This document shows, in pieces, positions 22,685 to 35,899 of a DNA stretch of 64,000 nucleotides. Every line of letters starts with the position of its first letter. Position 1 is the stretch's first letter. The DNA comes from Oopsacas minuta (Eukaryota > Animalia > Porifera), in NCBI GenBank assembly GCA_024704765.1, contig JAKMXF010000222.1, positions 1,678,400 to 1,742,399 on the forward strand. Direction: 5' to 3'. The position numbers and the translations under genes were made by a program. The notes under the pieces were generated by a model that saw nothing but the letters and a program-made list of their open reading frames with translations, did no database searches and was not told the DNA's origin.

Positions 22685-24879
22685 CAGGGTGACCAGATCT
22701 CCCATGCCAAAAAGAAGGACAGTTTTCAAAGTCAAACCATTTGTGTTCGATTATAATATTTTATTGTGTTTATCAAGAGATACAAATTAACTAACACTGA
22801 AATACATATTTTAGGTAATATAATCCAAATTTCGTGATACATGTTTGTGGTACTAAAAATAAATTTAGTTTGTGTATTTGGCATTGGAACAGATTTTCTT
22901 CAATGCAACTTCGTTATTGGTTAATTTTTGATGATTTCCCTGCAACTCATTTCAAAATTCACTATTACTTTAAGTAGTGCACCAACAGTGGAAATGTCTA
23001 GTTTGTTTCTGTCGTCGCTCCATTGTACCCTTGATAAACTGAACACTCTTTCACACACCGCGTTAGATGCAGGGATAGCAAAAATAGAAGATACTAATTT
23101 TCTTATGCAGAGAAAATTTTCTTGTGTAATGATACCCCAACGCTGGTCCAGGCTTAAATCCGAGGTCATTGACAAACTTGGAAAGTTTCGTTGAAGACAG
23201 CATACTTCCTCAAAACAAGTTATCAATCTGAGCAATTTCTGAGCATAATAATTCAGCACATCCCTTCAATATTTTATAGCCAATTAATTCAACATCTTTC
23301 AATAATAACCAATCTAAATTTTGTGGTAAACTATCCAAATGTAGCCATTTTTCAAGCTAGTCGAATGAAATCTGATAGAATGTCAAACATTCGGACTTGA
23401 ATTTGTGTATTTGAATAACGTTGTCAATTTTAGCAAGTTCCATTTCAGTAATAGCTCCTAAAATCCGCCATTAAACCGATCCAATAAAGATTGCTGTAAT
23501 TTTCTTAATTCACGAATCATCTCGGGGAATGAGAGATTGTTTCTCTGGAGAATTAAACTTGTGGTATTGAACAATTGAAGGGAACTATGCATGAAGAGGA
23601 AGTAGCACTGACTAAGATTAGATTCAAAAATGCTTCCAACATTCTAGGACATATCTCGTTCGAGAGAAAATAAGATTTCAACGCTTCCCACAGTTTTAGC
23701 ATCCGTTCTATCAAGGAGAATAAAGTCAACCACCTAGTTTTGCCATGATTGGGAAACTTTAAGTAGTGCAGTTCTAGAAAATCACAAAATTCGATAAACC
23801 TTTGGTGACGCTGAAGTACCCCACTCTTTTCTCCAGAAAAGAAGGAAGAAATCTTTGCAACAATCGATTCAATATCAACTGATAGAGCTCGTTCACCAGC
23901 GATTTGAGCTGATTTATGTACCAAATGTGATGGACAACCAACAGGAATTAATTTGGATTTAATCAGTTTCAACTTGGTAAAAACATTGTCACCTTCTTCT
24001 GCTCTATTAATACCACCAAAATTTACTGGAGCATTATCAGCACAAAACGAATCATTTTTTCTGGGTTCAATCCATACTTAGTAATTACATCTAGAAGCAT
24101 TTCTGCAACATGTTTTGATTTTTCATCTTGTAAATGAACAAAATCTAGGAGCTTATTCTGCACGCCACTGATGTTTAAGTATTGAATAATTATAGGAAAT
24201 GTCTTTAGCTCAGCGTGATTCGATGCATCAGTTGATAAAGAGAAGGCAATACCAGTTTGTAGCTCACTTAATACTTCCTCAATGCTCATCGGTGCTAGAA
24301 CACCAGTAATTATTGCTTCGGTTTTAGTGCGAGCAGAATGGAAATTCTTTGCAACATCAGAATCAGAAAAACATACTGAAAGCAGGTTAGACGTACAGTC
24401 CATTGTTCTAAAAGAATGATGATGTTTTACTGTATGAAATGCAAATGTCCCCTCAGCAGCAGAAATTTTTAAACTAATAGGAGAATATCTCTCTTTGATG
24501 AATAATCCCAAAGATTGTGTTGAAGTTATCATTTGTTGGGACGAAGAGTGCTTGATCGTATCGATGTGTTTCTTGACTGAAGAAATTCCAGCACTGGCTA
24601 AACTAATGTCCACATTGCAGATAGTGCAATAGGTGAAATTATTACCTTTATTACTTGATTTTATGAAAGAAAACTCTTGACCAAATTCAAAGCGGAATGA
24701 ACATTTCCTCTTCGCCATATTTATAGGTTTAGCTAATATAACAAAGTAAACAAGAACAAATAAGGACAATAAGGAAAAAGAAGGAAAAAAGAAGGACAAA
24801 AGAAGGATAGAATGAAAAGAAGACAATTAGTCTAAAAAGGAGGACTATCCTTCCAAAAGAAGGACATCTGGTCACCCTG
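22685..24879 (-). mobile_element. hAT (Blackjack-type TIR) DNA transposon, frameshifted transposase
   Basis: TIRs CAGGGTGACCAGAT / ATCTGGTCACCCTG with perfect 8-bp TSD TTTGGACC. Transposase pieces 24826-24023 (zinc-finger-like CTICN...H; STDASNH), 23972-23553 (GCPSHLVH, KTRW) and 23259-22921 (IPASNAVCERVFS). Subterminal AAGGACA repeats. Confidence 0.93.
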
Positions 24880-25163
24880 TTTGGACCCCAGGGCAATACT
24901 TAATATGCCTATCCTTAAGTTCGGCCCTGTTTCAGCCTCCATAGCCCCTCCCCTCCATAGATACGCCCTATAAATAATTCATTATGCAATATTTCAACGT
25001 ATGCTTAAGCGTGTACGAATGTTGTCATTAATTAGAGTCCATTGTAGATTGTCCAATAATATTAATTAAACAAACAAAATTGATTTGTATATTTATTGAC
25101 CAGGGCAATACTTGTTTTGAGAAATATTTGGACCTGAATCAAATCTCAATAATTAACATTTAA

Positions 25164-27583
25164 TTAAAGTGGCATTTTAGATCCCTCAATACTAAGTATG
25201 GCCGCGTGAGACAATACTTTCTTTGATTTGCTACTTTTCATGTCTCTGACCATGTTATCGATTTTAGAGGGAGTTATCCTCTTCGTTTGTGTAATATCTG
25301 TTTGTACGTTCCACTTTGGACGAGTGACATAATCACGAGTGGATGGTTGTGGAACACGAGCTCTGCCTACAAACCCCTTCTCTCCTGGACGGAGAGTCTG
25401 ATGGTCTTCACTAGAAGAATTGACGGACTCCCTAGCGGAAGAATGTCTCCTTCTCACATTCTGAGCATGTTTATGATCCCTCTCCTCTCTCTCGTCTCTA
25501 CTCATAGATTTCAAGTTGGATTCCACTCCGAAAATAGGTCGTGCCCAGAGATGAATAAGTTTAGCAGCTCTTTCCCTGTTCTTACGACCCTCTTTAGGGT
25601 GTTTGTACAGTAACATGACTGCTTTTCCTATCCCACTCACCTTAAGTACCTGTGTATTAATGAGATTTACAGAGAGTATTTCTAATATCCTAATTATCTC
25701 AGTTCGTATCTGTAAATGGGGCAAGGATTTATCAGGAAGAGGACATAGCCATTCAGCTAGCACTGATAACAAACCACATTCCACAAATAGTCGTAATGAA
25801 TCTTGTCTTTGTAATTGTTTCTTTAGAGTAGGCAGGAGTTTTAGCTTATTGAAAGCAGTTTGTTGTTTCTCATTCAATTCTCTATCTTCTTGTGCTGCTT
25901 CCTGCATGCTCTTCAGGAGATCCATTATGGGTTCATCATTAGTGGGAATGCTATCTATTCCTCTCTTACGACGTTTAATCTTCTTTTTCTTCTGAGATAA
26001 TATCAAGTCTATTTCTGTTAAGTTTCTTTCTCTCGCTTCACCTAGATATGGTACAATCATATATATGATACGTATAGGGCTTACAATCCCGGGGTACTGA
26101 TACATTTAATCTACGGGATTGATCATTGACAAGAGTTATACTATGTTAAATTTGAAGTATAGTAAACTCCCGTAATAATAATAATGTGATTCTTTAAATC
26201 ACTATAAGATTAAGGTAATTGATAATACTCGGATTACAAACGAAATACCGCTTATAAATGAATTAAATCGGAGTCCCAAACACTTCGCTATAACAAAAGG
26301 TTACTTAGTAATATTAATAAGAATATGATAGCATTGTATATTAGTTTCAGGTATTTGTTAGGTTTTAATCACTCGAATCGAATATCAGAATTCATGAATA
26401 GCTGCTTAACCGGCTTCTGATAATATTCGGAAACTCAAACCGAATACCAAACACAGATATTCGATTGACACTTGACTTATTAATTATTATTTAATTAGTA
26501 CAGCATGTTCGAATAATTCCATAATTTGTACCCTCTTTTTCAAATCCCAGGATTAGAAAATTTCAATCCCGGAATCCCGAAATTCTCGAAGGATTATAAA
26601 ATATGTCCTGGATTGTAAGCCCAAAAATACTTATATAGAGGACCTGCATAATCCGGTATCAGTATATAGTGGAGTCTCCCAAAACGGACACTCCGAGAAG
26701 CGGACAATCCCTCTATAACTGACAAACCTCCTGGAACGGAATGAATTAGCAATCTCCGAGAAGCGGACAACTCCCTATAACGGACAGAAGCCATGTCCCA
26801 ATGTGTCCGTTATTCGGAGACTCTACTGTAGTTATGAGTTCTTCCGGAATATGCAGGCCTTTCTGTAATCCGACAAGCAAATGCACCTGTATAATCCGAC
26901 ACTGATTTCATATCTAGATCGGTGTCAAATTATGCCGGTTCCACTACATATATTAATTCGTGAATTGTAAATAACCTAAACAAAGAGTAATAATTAATCT
27001 TAATTACAATACATACATGATACATACCTTCATCTCCATCCAAATCTCCCCCTTCAGCTTCATATCTATACTTTTTATCCTGAGGTCCATGTAGTTCACT
27101 CCCTCCCTCATCAAGCTCACTCTTTCTCTTCCTAACACTCAGAATCAAGTTTACATCTTCATCATCTGAAGCTCCGAATATATCATCCTCAACAGCCTTG
27201 AGATGATCCTTCTCTTCTATAGAAGATTGATCTAAGAATTTCTTGCTCTGTAGAGATCTCTCTAACTCCTCGTCAATGTCAATGTCACTGTCAAAGTCAA
27301 GATCTGACAAGGATTGATTTATATCTTTATCGTTAGAATTAACTATATCCTGTGGCTTATCATCTTTGGTAGGAGTGTTATCAAATTCTCCATCAGAATC
27401 ACTTGATATAACTAATCCCTTCTTAGAAGTATCAGTTGATTTAGCATCAGATACATAACCTCTAATAGGAGGAGCAGTCTCTTTAGCTAGATTGTCTAAT
27501 TCTCCGTTACTCTCTTCTCCTGATCCAGGACCGGAGAGCTCTACGTCACTCTCGTTGAAGTTAGAAACATATGCTTTCTTCAT
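25164..27583 (-). CDS. IWS1: IWS1 transcription elongation factor, 2 exons
   Basis: Exons 27583-27028 (acidic low-complexity) and 26041-25164 join in frame (1434 nt). TFIIS-N domain EWLCPLPDKSLPHLQIR...SGIGKAVMLLYKHPKE...WARPIFG; GFVGRARVPQPSTRDYVTRPKW. Confidence 0.93.
26667..26828. mobile_element. pogo-type MITE in IWS1 intron
   Basis: TAGTGGAGTCTCCCAAAACGGACAC ... GTGTCCGTTATTCGGAGACTCTACTG|TA, with internal CTCCGAGAAGCGGACAA repeats. Confidence 0.7.
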
Positions 27584-27748
27584 TTTGTTTACTGTATAAT
27601 TATGTGATTAATTTGTCAATTATTAATATGGAAAAGTTATACTTCTGTAACAAACGTATACAAATAAAATACTAACATACATATACGTAAGTTACCAAAT
27701 AATCTCATATATCATGCATTGTATACCCAAATAAAATAGCTATAAACT

Positions 27749-28702
27749 TCAGTGCAGCAGGAAACCACGAGTACGACGAGTAACACCCTGCTTGTCGAAT
27801 ATAGTATTCAGTTTGGTTACAAGACTGCTGGCTTGATCAGCACTAGTTGTCATTGCTGAGAGATAAGTTGTAAGAAGTACGTCATTAGCCTGTACCAACC
27901 ACTCCTCATTCATCTCAGGTGTCTGAGTGACAGGGAGCTGACGTGTGAGACTCTGTATGTCACGCAGGACCTCTGGTGAGGGAGGTAACTCCCCTGATTT
28001 GACAGCTCTCAAATACTGAGATATTATCTTAATCCTGTGAAATAGCATCTTGAGGGCTCGATACTGAACCATGAGGTGATCAGAAGCAGCTGATGTGTCA
28101 GCTGACCCGGAGGCGGAAACACGCGCCACATGATCCACTCCAATCCTTTCTGCTTCCTCTGTAGCTAAAGCATAGCTAACCTCAGAGAATATTACACCTG
28201 TATTCACATTAGGATCTATTGTAGCCTCGTATATAGTTATAGGCAGCTGATTGCTGACATTAGAAGTGACTAACTTCAGAAATAATAAAGTAACATTCCA
28301 TTCTGTCAGCTGACGATGAAAATCACTCTCTGAAGCATCAGTTTCTGCCATGTGCCCGTTTGAGTACCAGCCAATAACATCTAGATTAGGATATACTTGT
28401 TTGAACATTGTATCTTTCTCAGTAAGGTAATCATGATCCAGACTCTCAATTGTATTGACAAATACAGTCTTAATCTCGAAACAGTTTGACACCTCCAAAT
28501 GTCTGCCCTTCTGTGTCCCCAGTAACGCCCCGTATACCTTAACCTCCTTCCCTCCCCCTTGTGCTAGTACTCTAGTGTAATGGTCTGATATACTCATGAC
28601 AACTAGAGGGTGGAGAGATATAGAGAGACCTGTAGTTTCTGTCTTTGTGCCCCAGTCTGGTGTAGGAGTGGGAGGAGTTGTATCCATTTGTACTTCAGCC
28701 AT
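27749..28702 (-). CDS. COPS6: COP9 signalosome subunit 6
   Basis: Single-exon 317 aa. MPN- domain ISLHPLVVMSISDHYTR...YGALLGTQKGR..EVSNCFE; LATEEAERIGVDHVAR; NDVLLTTYL; C-terminal DKQG. Confidence 0.92.
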   Translation of the reverse strand: MAEVQMDTTPPTPTPDWGTKTETTGLSISLHPLVVMSISDHYTRVLAQGGGKEVKVYGALLGTQKGRHLEVSNCFEIKTVFVNTIESLDHDYLTEKDTMFKQVYPNLDVIGWYSNGHMAETDASESDFHRQLTEWNVTLLFLKLVTSNVSNQLPITIYEATIDPNVNTGVIFSEVSYALATEEAERIGVDHVARVSASGSADTSAASDHLMVQYRALKMLFHRIKIISQYLRAVKSGELPPSPEVLRDIQSLTRQLPVTQTPEMNEEWLVQANDVLLTTYLSAMTTSADQASSLVTKLNTIFDKQGVTRRTRGFLLH

Positions 28703-28847
28703 TTAACTGCTGATTAGCTAAGTAGAGTATAAAACACAAATATATGATTAATAAGTATAATAATAAAGTTAATAAATAAGAGAGTATGTGAAACAAGTAT
28801 ATAAACATGCGGTACTTCTGTGTATTAATTATTAAATAATCTCCACC

Positions 28848-31800
28848 TCAGATGTAGAGAGGAGCAGATGAAAACACCGGGTACCCTATAGGGTAGTCAC
28901 CAGCCTGTGTACTGATATTCCTGAGTATGTGCTCTTCCTGTTGTACGCTGTATCTCTCTTCTTCTTCGTTCTTCAGATATAACAGCTCGAACAGCTGTGA
29001 GCTCCACATACCATGTAGTGATTCGGGTTGCAAGGAAGCCACATGTACTAGTTGAGGTTTAAGTGTAAGCGTATAGTTGTAGTACTTAGTTCCTTTCTTG
29101 CTTCTGCTGAGTAGGAACAGATGAGAAGTTGATTCTAGTACTCTCTGTTTCCAAATTCCATCAGATATACAACCAATATACCAGCTAGTGTCAAGCTCTA
29201 ACAAATATTCTAACAAACTATCATAACTCATATCTTCCATCAACACTATCTCATCAGTAGTTAGTTTGAGCGTATAGCGATATGCTATGATAGCTAGTTG
29301 TAGTAGTGAAGTGCTGGTCAGCCAGGACAAGCCTTCTGACCAGGGAAACTGACCCTCATAGTTCTTACATATCTGTGTGCCAGTCAGTTTGTTAGTAATA
29401 TTATCCTTACTAGGGTGTACAATAGAAGAGACACAATTAGTGATTATTTGAATGAAATATTCAATCTGACTCCAATCTAGATCCATTCTCTTCCTATCTT
29501 TCCAATAAGAACAGTATTTATGTATCAAAACAGTATCTATACTCTCAACAGACTGATTGTGTATTTGAGGCGGGTGTATCCAGGAGTAGGGCAGAAATGA
29601 ACTGATATCTGTCCTGTTAACAAGTGGATTAGAATGCTTGGATTGTAAATTATTCTTGGAATTGTTAAATGACAAATCATTAGGATTATCTTGTCTTAAG
29701 TCTATTTGAGAGGTGCTATCATCAATAATAGAATCTACCTCACTGATAGAGTCAGAAGTAATATTGTCATTATTATACCCAGTACTCCACACATGTCTGT
29801 AGCTAGCTAGTGCAGGTGTGCGCTCCAGCTTATCTATTTTATTGTCTAGATCAGCTGATTTATCAGCTGTTGAATCAGGTTGTTTACTATATAGTTTCTT
29901 GATACTATTAGTAACACTTTTCTGTAGCAAATCTGTAGCTGACTTAACAGGTTTTAATTCAACTGAATCTTCTCTCAACTTTATTACCTCACGAATAAGT
30001 AACCATGCGAAACACTTAGGAAAATTAGCTTCACATTTTTGTATTGTATGTTTTGAGTTAACTGTAGGTCTGAGAGAGTTCTTGGCTTCTGAATAGGTGT
30101 TAATAACCGCGTGTGTCAGTGGTGTAACTAAGTACAACAGATATTTGTTATACAGGTTAGCTAGAACAGAATTAGAGGTTTTATTCATTTCTAATATATC
30201 ATCAATCTGTGTAGCTTCTATATCATGGCAAGACGTAGCTTCAAGTTCTAGACCTCTATAAGACAAGCATATATATTGATATCCTACCTCATGTAATGTA
30301 AGGACAATAATCCTGTCTTCATATCTGATAAGGAATATCTGTCCGCAGGAGGGAGAGAGGATCACACCATGTCGAATCATCTGTTTGAAGATCTTACAAA
30401 CTTCAGAACATGTCTCCTCATAGAATACTGCCTCTTTCACGCCCCAGGAGGAGTGCTGGGATTGAGGGGGCCAGAAAGAGGTCATGTGAGGGTAGGTTGG
30501 TATAAATACTGGCAGAGTGAATATAGGGATCAGAGTTAGAGTCAGTAGAGTGGAAATAGGCAGGAATAACAAAGTAAAAGGGAGTAGGAGAAGAGAGAGA
30601 AGGACAAAACAGTTCTTCTCTTCTCGGATATAGGTCAAGGGAGCAGGTTGATATGTTAATAAATACCAACCTAAATAAGTTAAGATTGTATACAGCTGTG
30701 AAGTGAGGAGCTTCAAATACTCAATAGACATACCTATTATTAGGAGATGTACACCAACTGATAGATTGATCCAAGTTTGGTATGTAACACACAGATCTAT
30801 AAACACCACGATACTAATATGCAGACTGAGGCAAAGAGGAGCTCTCCAAACTAAGTGAAGAGACCTGACGACAGATATGGTGAATAGGAATGATGGAGTG
30901 AGTGTATTGGAAGTTGGGTGTAGGAAGAAACCTAGAAAAGTAATGCATATAGCACGAGAAATGTATTCCCGTATTATTTGTATAGATATACTAGCTATCC
31001 TAACTCTCCAGCTGTTTTGTATGCTAGCAGTATAGTCTAACTCATTGTATACATTAGCTGGGTATAAAGGGTTATTGAGTGTATTACACAGTATAGTTTT
31101 GTTCTGTAGAGAAGAGAGGATGTAACAGGAGAGGAGAGATAACAGTGATATAATGCCGTAGAAGATGAACAGGCCAAAAAATGCAGGGTACTCAATTGAG
31201 TACAGTACAGATATGTTATTGGTGGAATTAGTAGAGTTGTTATCAGAGATAGTATGTTGACAAATAGATGTGTTATATAGGAAGGATACGGCGATATGAC
31301 AAGCTGGCAGGAGTGAGAGACAGATGACAGGTAGAATAAAGTATCTGGCGCTAACACTTAGCCAATATGTTGGTGACTTCAGTGCGACATTTCGCAATAA
31401 GTAAGGTTTATATGGAATTATTCTTGTAACAAGTTCAGAGTATTTTAGTGGTAGTACTCCAGCAATACGATACAGACTGTATATACAGAAACTGAATAGA
31501 TTAAGACTCAAGAGGTAACTGACTAATCCAGATATGACCAGACCTGCTATATCACACTGTATGATAGATACTATATACACATACACCCACCATACTACAC
31601 ACAATATGACTACACATATCTGACTAGTTAGAGCAGTTCCTCCAAACAGCAGTATTACACATCTCTCAGACAAAACTGGAATAAACTGGTTGAAAGGAGG
31701 CAGGAGTCCTAACAACCATAGTAAAGGAGTACTGCAGAGGATAGAGTAGAATATGATAGACGTTAATGTGTGGAAGGGAGCGAGAATAACCGCGAGGGTA

Positions 31801-32471
31801 AGCAAGATCAATACATGTGTTGGTCTAGATAGAAACTCAGTTTGTAGTATAGAATGTGATTGTTTTGTTGGTACAGCAGTTTCAATAGGAGCATTAGAAG
31901 ATAGATTGAATTGAGCTAGAGATACAGCAAGCCAGCCTAGAATGAAGAATAATATCCAAAAATTATCAAATAATATCCTAAGTTGAGAGGGGAGGAGACC
32001 TGCTAATGCTAGAGTACAGATAACTCCAGATAACAGACCTTGTACAAGAAGGTTAAATATATTTCTTCTTTCTGGAAATAAGCTATTTATATAGTCAGCC
32101 AGTAAGCTATGTGACTGAGGAGAGAGGTTAATATCAGCTGTTCTAGCTCTGTTACGTGTTTTGTATACCCAGACTATAGAGTGTATAGTTGTCACTAGTA
32201 TGAATATGATAAGACCGTATCCTATTGAGAAGTACCAATATGATGGTGTGAGACCAATAGGGGTCTCTAGGAGTGCGAGAAAGGGTGTAGCGAGCAAGAG
32301 AGGAGCCAAGAATACTGAGATACGGAATATGAAGGCCATGAAGGGGTGTTTGTGAGATGGGGTACACAGACCAGAGGTACAGGTTTCTGTAACACGACAC
32401 CAGAATTTGATACAGTTAAAATCTGTTTGGTAAGAAGAATCAATGCTGGAAGAAGAGTTGCTTCTTGGCAT
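28848..32471 (-). CDS. PCNX4: Pecanex-like protein 4
   Basis: Single-exon ~1207 aa (ATG 32471). Many TM helices then Pecanex-C motifs (RYEDRIIVL, GLELEATSCHDIEATQID, LQPESLHGMWSSQLFELLYLKNEEEERYSVQ, GYPVFSS). Confidence 0.88.
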   Translation of the reverse strand: MPRSNSSSSIDSSYQTDFNCIKFWCRVTETCTSGLCTPSHKHPFMAFIFRISVFLAPLLLATPFLALLETPIGLTPSYWYFSIGYGLIIFILVTTIHSIVWVYKTRNRARTADINLSPQSHSLLADYINSLFPERRNIFNLLVQGLLSGVICTLALAGLLPSQLRILFDNFWILFFILGWLAVSLAQFNLSSNAPIETAVPTKQSHSILQTEFLSRPTHVLILLTLAVILAPFHTLTSIIFYSILCSTPLLWLLGLLPPFNQFIPVLSERCVILLFGGTALTSQICVVILCVVWWVYVYIVSIIQCDIAGLVISGLVSYLLSLNLFSFCIYSLYRIAGVLPLKYSELVTRIIPYKPYLLRNVALKSPTYWLSVSARYFILPVICLSLLPACHIAVSFLYNTSICQHTISDNNSTNSTNNISVLYSIEYPAFFGLFIFYGIISLLSLLSCYILSSLQNKTILCNTLNNPLYPANVYNELDYTASIQNSWRVRIASISIQIIREYISRAICITFLGFFLHPTSNTLTPSFLFTISVVRSLHLVWRAPLCLSLHISIVVFIDLCVTYQTWINLSVGVHLLIIGMSIEYLKLLTSQLYTILTYLGWYLLTYQPAPLTYIREEKNCFVLLSLLLLPFTLLFLPISTLLTLTLIPIFTLPVFIPTYPHMTSFWPPQSQHSSWGVKEAVFYEETCSEVCKIFKQMIRHGVILSPSCGQIFLIRYEDRIIVLTLHEVGYQYICLSYRGLELEATSCHDIEATQIDDILEMNKTSNSVLANLYNKYLLYLVTPLTHAVINTYSEAKNSLRPTVNSKHTIQKCEANFPKCFAWLLIREVIKLREDSVELKPVKSATDLLQKSVTNSIKKLYSKQPDSTADKSADLDNKIDKLERTPALASYRHVWSTGYNNDNITSDSISEVDSIIDDSTSQIDLRQDNPNDLSFNNSKNNLQSKHSNPLVNRTDISSFLPYSWIHPPQIHNQSVESIDTVLIHKYCSYWKDRKRMDLDWSQIEYFIQIITNCVSSIVHPSKDNITNKLTGTQICKNYEGQFPWSEGLSWLTSTSLLQLAIIAYRYTLKLTTDEIVLMEDMSYDSLLEYLLELDTSWYIGCISDGIWKQRVLESTSHLFLLSRSKKGTKYYNYTLTLKPQLVHVASLQPESLHGMWSSQLFELLYLKNEEEERYSVQQEEHILRNISTQAGDYPIGYPVFSSAPLYI

Positions 32472-33336
32472 CACTAGTGTAGTAGTCTGTTATCACAATT
32501 ACATGGTTAGTATATATAACTATTAATTGCTTAGTAATAATAATAAAGTCTTATTTAATATAATTATTTTTAGAAGCGAGGGGCGATTATTCAAGGGAGA
32601 ATGCTGTTAAGTTTTTGAATGAAAACTAAGCAAAAACTAATGTACGGATATTGGAAATAAAGATTTATGAGGTTCACATAGCTAAGTTATATAATACTTG
32701 TATCAGGTGTACGGCGGATAATACGATATACGAATCTATTTGAAAGGATTATACGTCCAGACTAATCTCGAAATAGGAGATTTTGACATAGTTAGACTTG
32801 GATAAGTCACATTATTACCAAGTATTATATAAATTGGTTACCTATGTTGAGATTTCTCTAAAACCATTCGAGAACTAAAGTTTTAATGCAAAATATTTAT
32901 TGTATAAATCAGCCTAAGAGAGGAGGTTACGTCACCAATATTGCAGGTTGAAAGTATAATATGTATTATACTTGATACGTCTTCATTGAAAGAAGTATTA
33001 AACAACTTAGAATGAAATCCGGTCCCTAGATGAGGAGACATTATTACATACGGCAGAAACCCTATAAACTCCACGTATTGGAGTAGATTTCTATTATAAT
33101 TACAAACATTAATTCATGTACTGGGGTACACAAAATAAGCAGGTTCTGCTGTATGTAATAGGAGTATGTATACTCCCTCGTAACCCCCAGGATCTGTGCT
33201 TGGTGTAGCAACAATATGCTAGTAGTATAAGTCAACTAGTCAACCCAATATTTAGTGATTGTGATCCAAATTTTGCATAAACCAAACTATTCTGAGAAAT
33301 ATACAAATATACTATGTTGTGAGTTGAAAACTGAAC

Positions 33337-35305
33337 TCAAGAAGTTGAAGTAGCGCCACAATTTAGAATAAGATTAGAGAACAAGTTAATCAGAAGGGAG
33401 CTATCTCTCTCTTTAAGGATAGGATTACCTTCAATATTGAGTTGATGAATAGAATCTATTTTCTCTAAGAGAAGGAGAGAATCTTCTTTCTCAATCAAAT
33501 TACTCTTCAAACTCAAAATACGTAGTCTTATCAGAAACAGGATATCTTCTTCAACCTCAGTAAGCAAGTTTCCATCGAGGTTGAGTTCTTGGCAAGTGAC
33601 AAGAACAGAGAGTCCCTGCATATTAGTTAGACGGTTGTTAGAGAGATCTAGAATACTAACAGCTGAGAAGAAGTGGGTGTGGTATAACCGTGTGAGTCCT
33701 AATCCACTCAAATTCAAATGTGAGAAGTCTCTCTTCTTCAAGAAACTAGGTATACCCGTCTCAATAAGGAATTTACTCTTCATATCCTGATAACACCCCT
33801 TACGATGAGGATCTTCCTTCTCTAGAGCAGAGAAGTGATCCATAATTTTAGCAGCACTGGAATCAGGATCTATAGCCCAGCGTAGCTGCAGAGCTGTTAG
33901 GTGACACCATTTATTATCAGGCTCTATACTAAGTAACTCACATATCGCCTCACAGTGAGTATGTAGTACACCTGATTTAGCAGCTGTTAGCGAAATAGCT
34001 GGTCCTATCTCCTCTAAATTAACTGATGGCGCACAGACTGAGGAAGTGAAGAGATTAAGCGCACGTTCTCTGAATCTACACTCTAAGTTTACAGACGTGT
34101 CTACAGAGATTAATACAGCTGTCCATAAACTACAGGGCCATGTAGGGGGCGATCCGTGTGCACTCCACTCTAACTGTAATATATTTCCAGATATTAATAC
34201 TTGCACTTCGTTAAGTAAGTCTTTATTAACAGGCTGGTTGAATACCAATAGCAACATCTGGTTGCTTGGGAAGTGCATGAAAAATAAAAGTCTCTCTTCC
34301 TTATGAGCACGCCCTAACAACCATTGCTGGTAGAACCAAGTACTTTGGTCATTAGGGTCAGTGAATATAGCATTTGTAACAATATCGAATTCCTGAAGTA
34401 ACTTGTCTTCTTGGACAGAGGAGCTGTCAGCAGATACAGAAGGGAGTAGTGTATCAGCTGGATAACAGAGAGGGAGCAGTTTACTCCGGTAGTGCCAAGC
34501 TGAGTAGTTGGATAAATTAGATTCTATTTTCTTCTGAGAGAACTCCAGTTCTTCCATCGGAGAAATTTCTGATTTACCGATTGAAAACCTAGTAAGAGAT
34601 GTTATGCTATATTCAAAACTGAAATTAACGATAGTATTAATATACATAGCTACAGTAATCCCCCTTTATAATCAAGTTGGATATAACGAAACTCCGTTAT
34701 AACGAAGCGATTCTCCCCCCCCTATAACTTGAAAGTAATTGATTTTACTTCGCTTACAAAGTTACAATGAAATTCCGCTTATGATGAAATGTATCCAAGG
34801 TTCCTAGCACATTTTGAAAACGAGAGTTTACTCTACTACATGGCTACTGAACTAACCTCCTATAGTCCCAACAATGGAAATTCCTCTCATCATAAGACAG
34901 GAAGAGGTCACACAGAGCTAACTCGTGTTTCCAGTCAGGATCTGGGTTATTAGACATCACCCATCTACGCTGCATGAAAGTGCCGTAAGATTTGGGATTA
35001 ACTTTAAGACACATTTCTAGAAAATGAAGTTCCCTTTTGAACAATTCAGTCTTAGCTTCTACCTCTGAATAAGTGAGAATATTTACAATAACTTCTCTAC
35101 GAATATTCCATACAGTGTAGTGGTCAGGATTCCATGCAAGAAGCGTCTCAGTCAATTTCAACAGCTCCTCATCTAGACTCCCAGCCTCCCGTCTAGCATA
35201 TATCTCCTCAGTCACTCCCTGGTATTTCTTTATCTTCTTCTCCCGTTCTAGCTTCTTAGCAGCTGCCTGCTCCTCGCTAGTGCGAACTTTAACACGACCG
35301 TGCAT
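33337..35305 (-). CDS. RABGGTA: Rab geranylgeranyltransferase alpha subunit, 2 exons
   Basis: Exons 35305-34857 and 34588-33337 in frame (1701 nt, 566 aa). MHGRVKVRTSEEQA start, PPTA repeats (NPKSYG, DERNFHCWDYRR, SNYSAWHYRS, DPNDQSTWFY), C-terminal LRRs. Confidence 0.95.
34653..34833. mobile_element. pogo-type MITE in RABGGTA intron
   Basis: TA|CAGTAATCCCC...CGAGAGTTTACTC|TA, with internal (G/C)TTATAACGAA repeats. Confidence 0.55.
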
Positions 35306-35899
35306 AATATTATAATGTAATTCCTAAAACAGCAGTATACTAAATTAATATATTATAGAGCAGTTCAAGCGTAACGTAACAACCTACTGAGGGGCGGGTA
35401 GCCCTATTCTTGTGTATTGCGAAACGCGTGACACATTCTATAAATCAATAGAATTCTCCTAATAGCAAGTCTTATAATCCATGAATGCTCAGGAACTATT
35501 TACAATATACAATTACATCCCATATTGAAATATTATTTCCCTGAATATGCTTGTAATTACACCAATTAAGCCACTGTTTGTTAGAAACATGTTTCAGCTC
35601 CACCGCTTGCATCTGATTTGGCTACAGCACGAATATTGTCTTGATTGTCATTATTTCACCATTTAGTCAATGTAATTCAGCTACAGGATGTATAAACTAG
35701 CAAATAGTTCAATGTAGATTACTTTATCTTCACATTTAAACTATTAAATTTACTTCAGTCAGTTTCATATTTTTATGAATGAGCCAATTTCCGCTGATAC
35801 GTCACAAAATAATGAGATGATAATGAGCCGCGCTGCATGCATGATCAAGTGGATCTCATGTGGAGCTGAAACAAGTTTCTCATTAACAGTGGCCTTATA

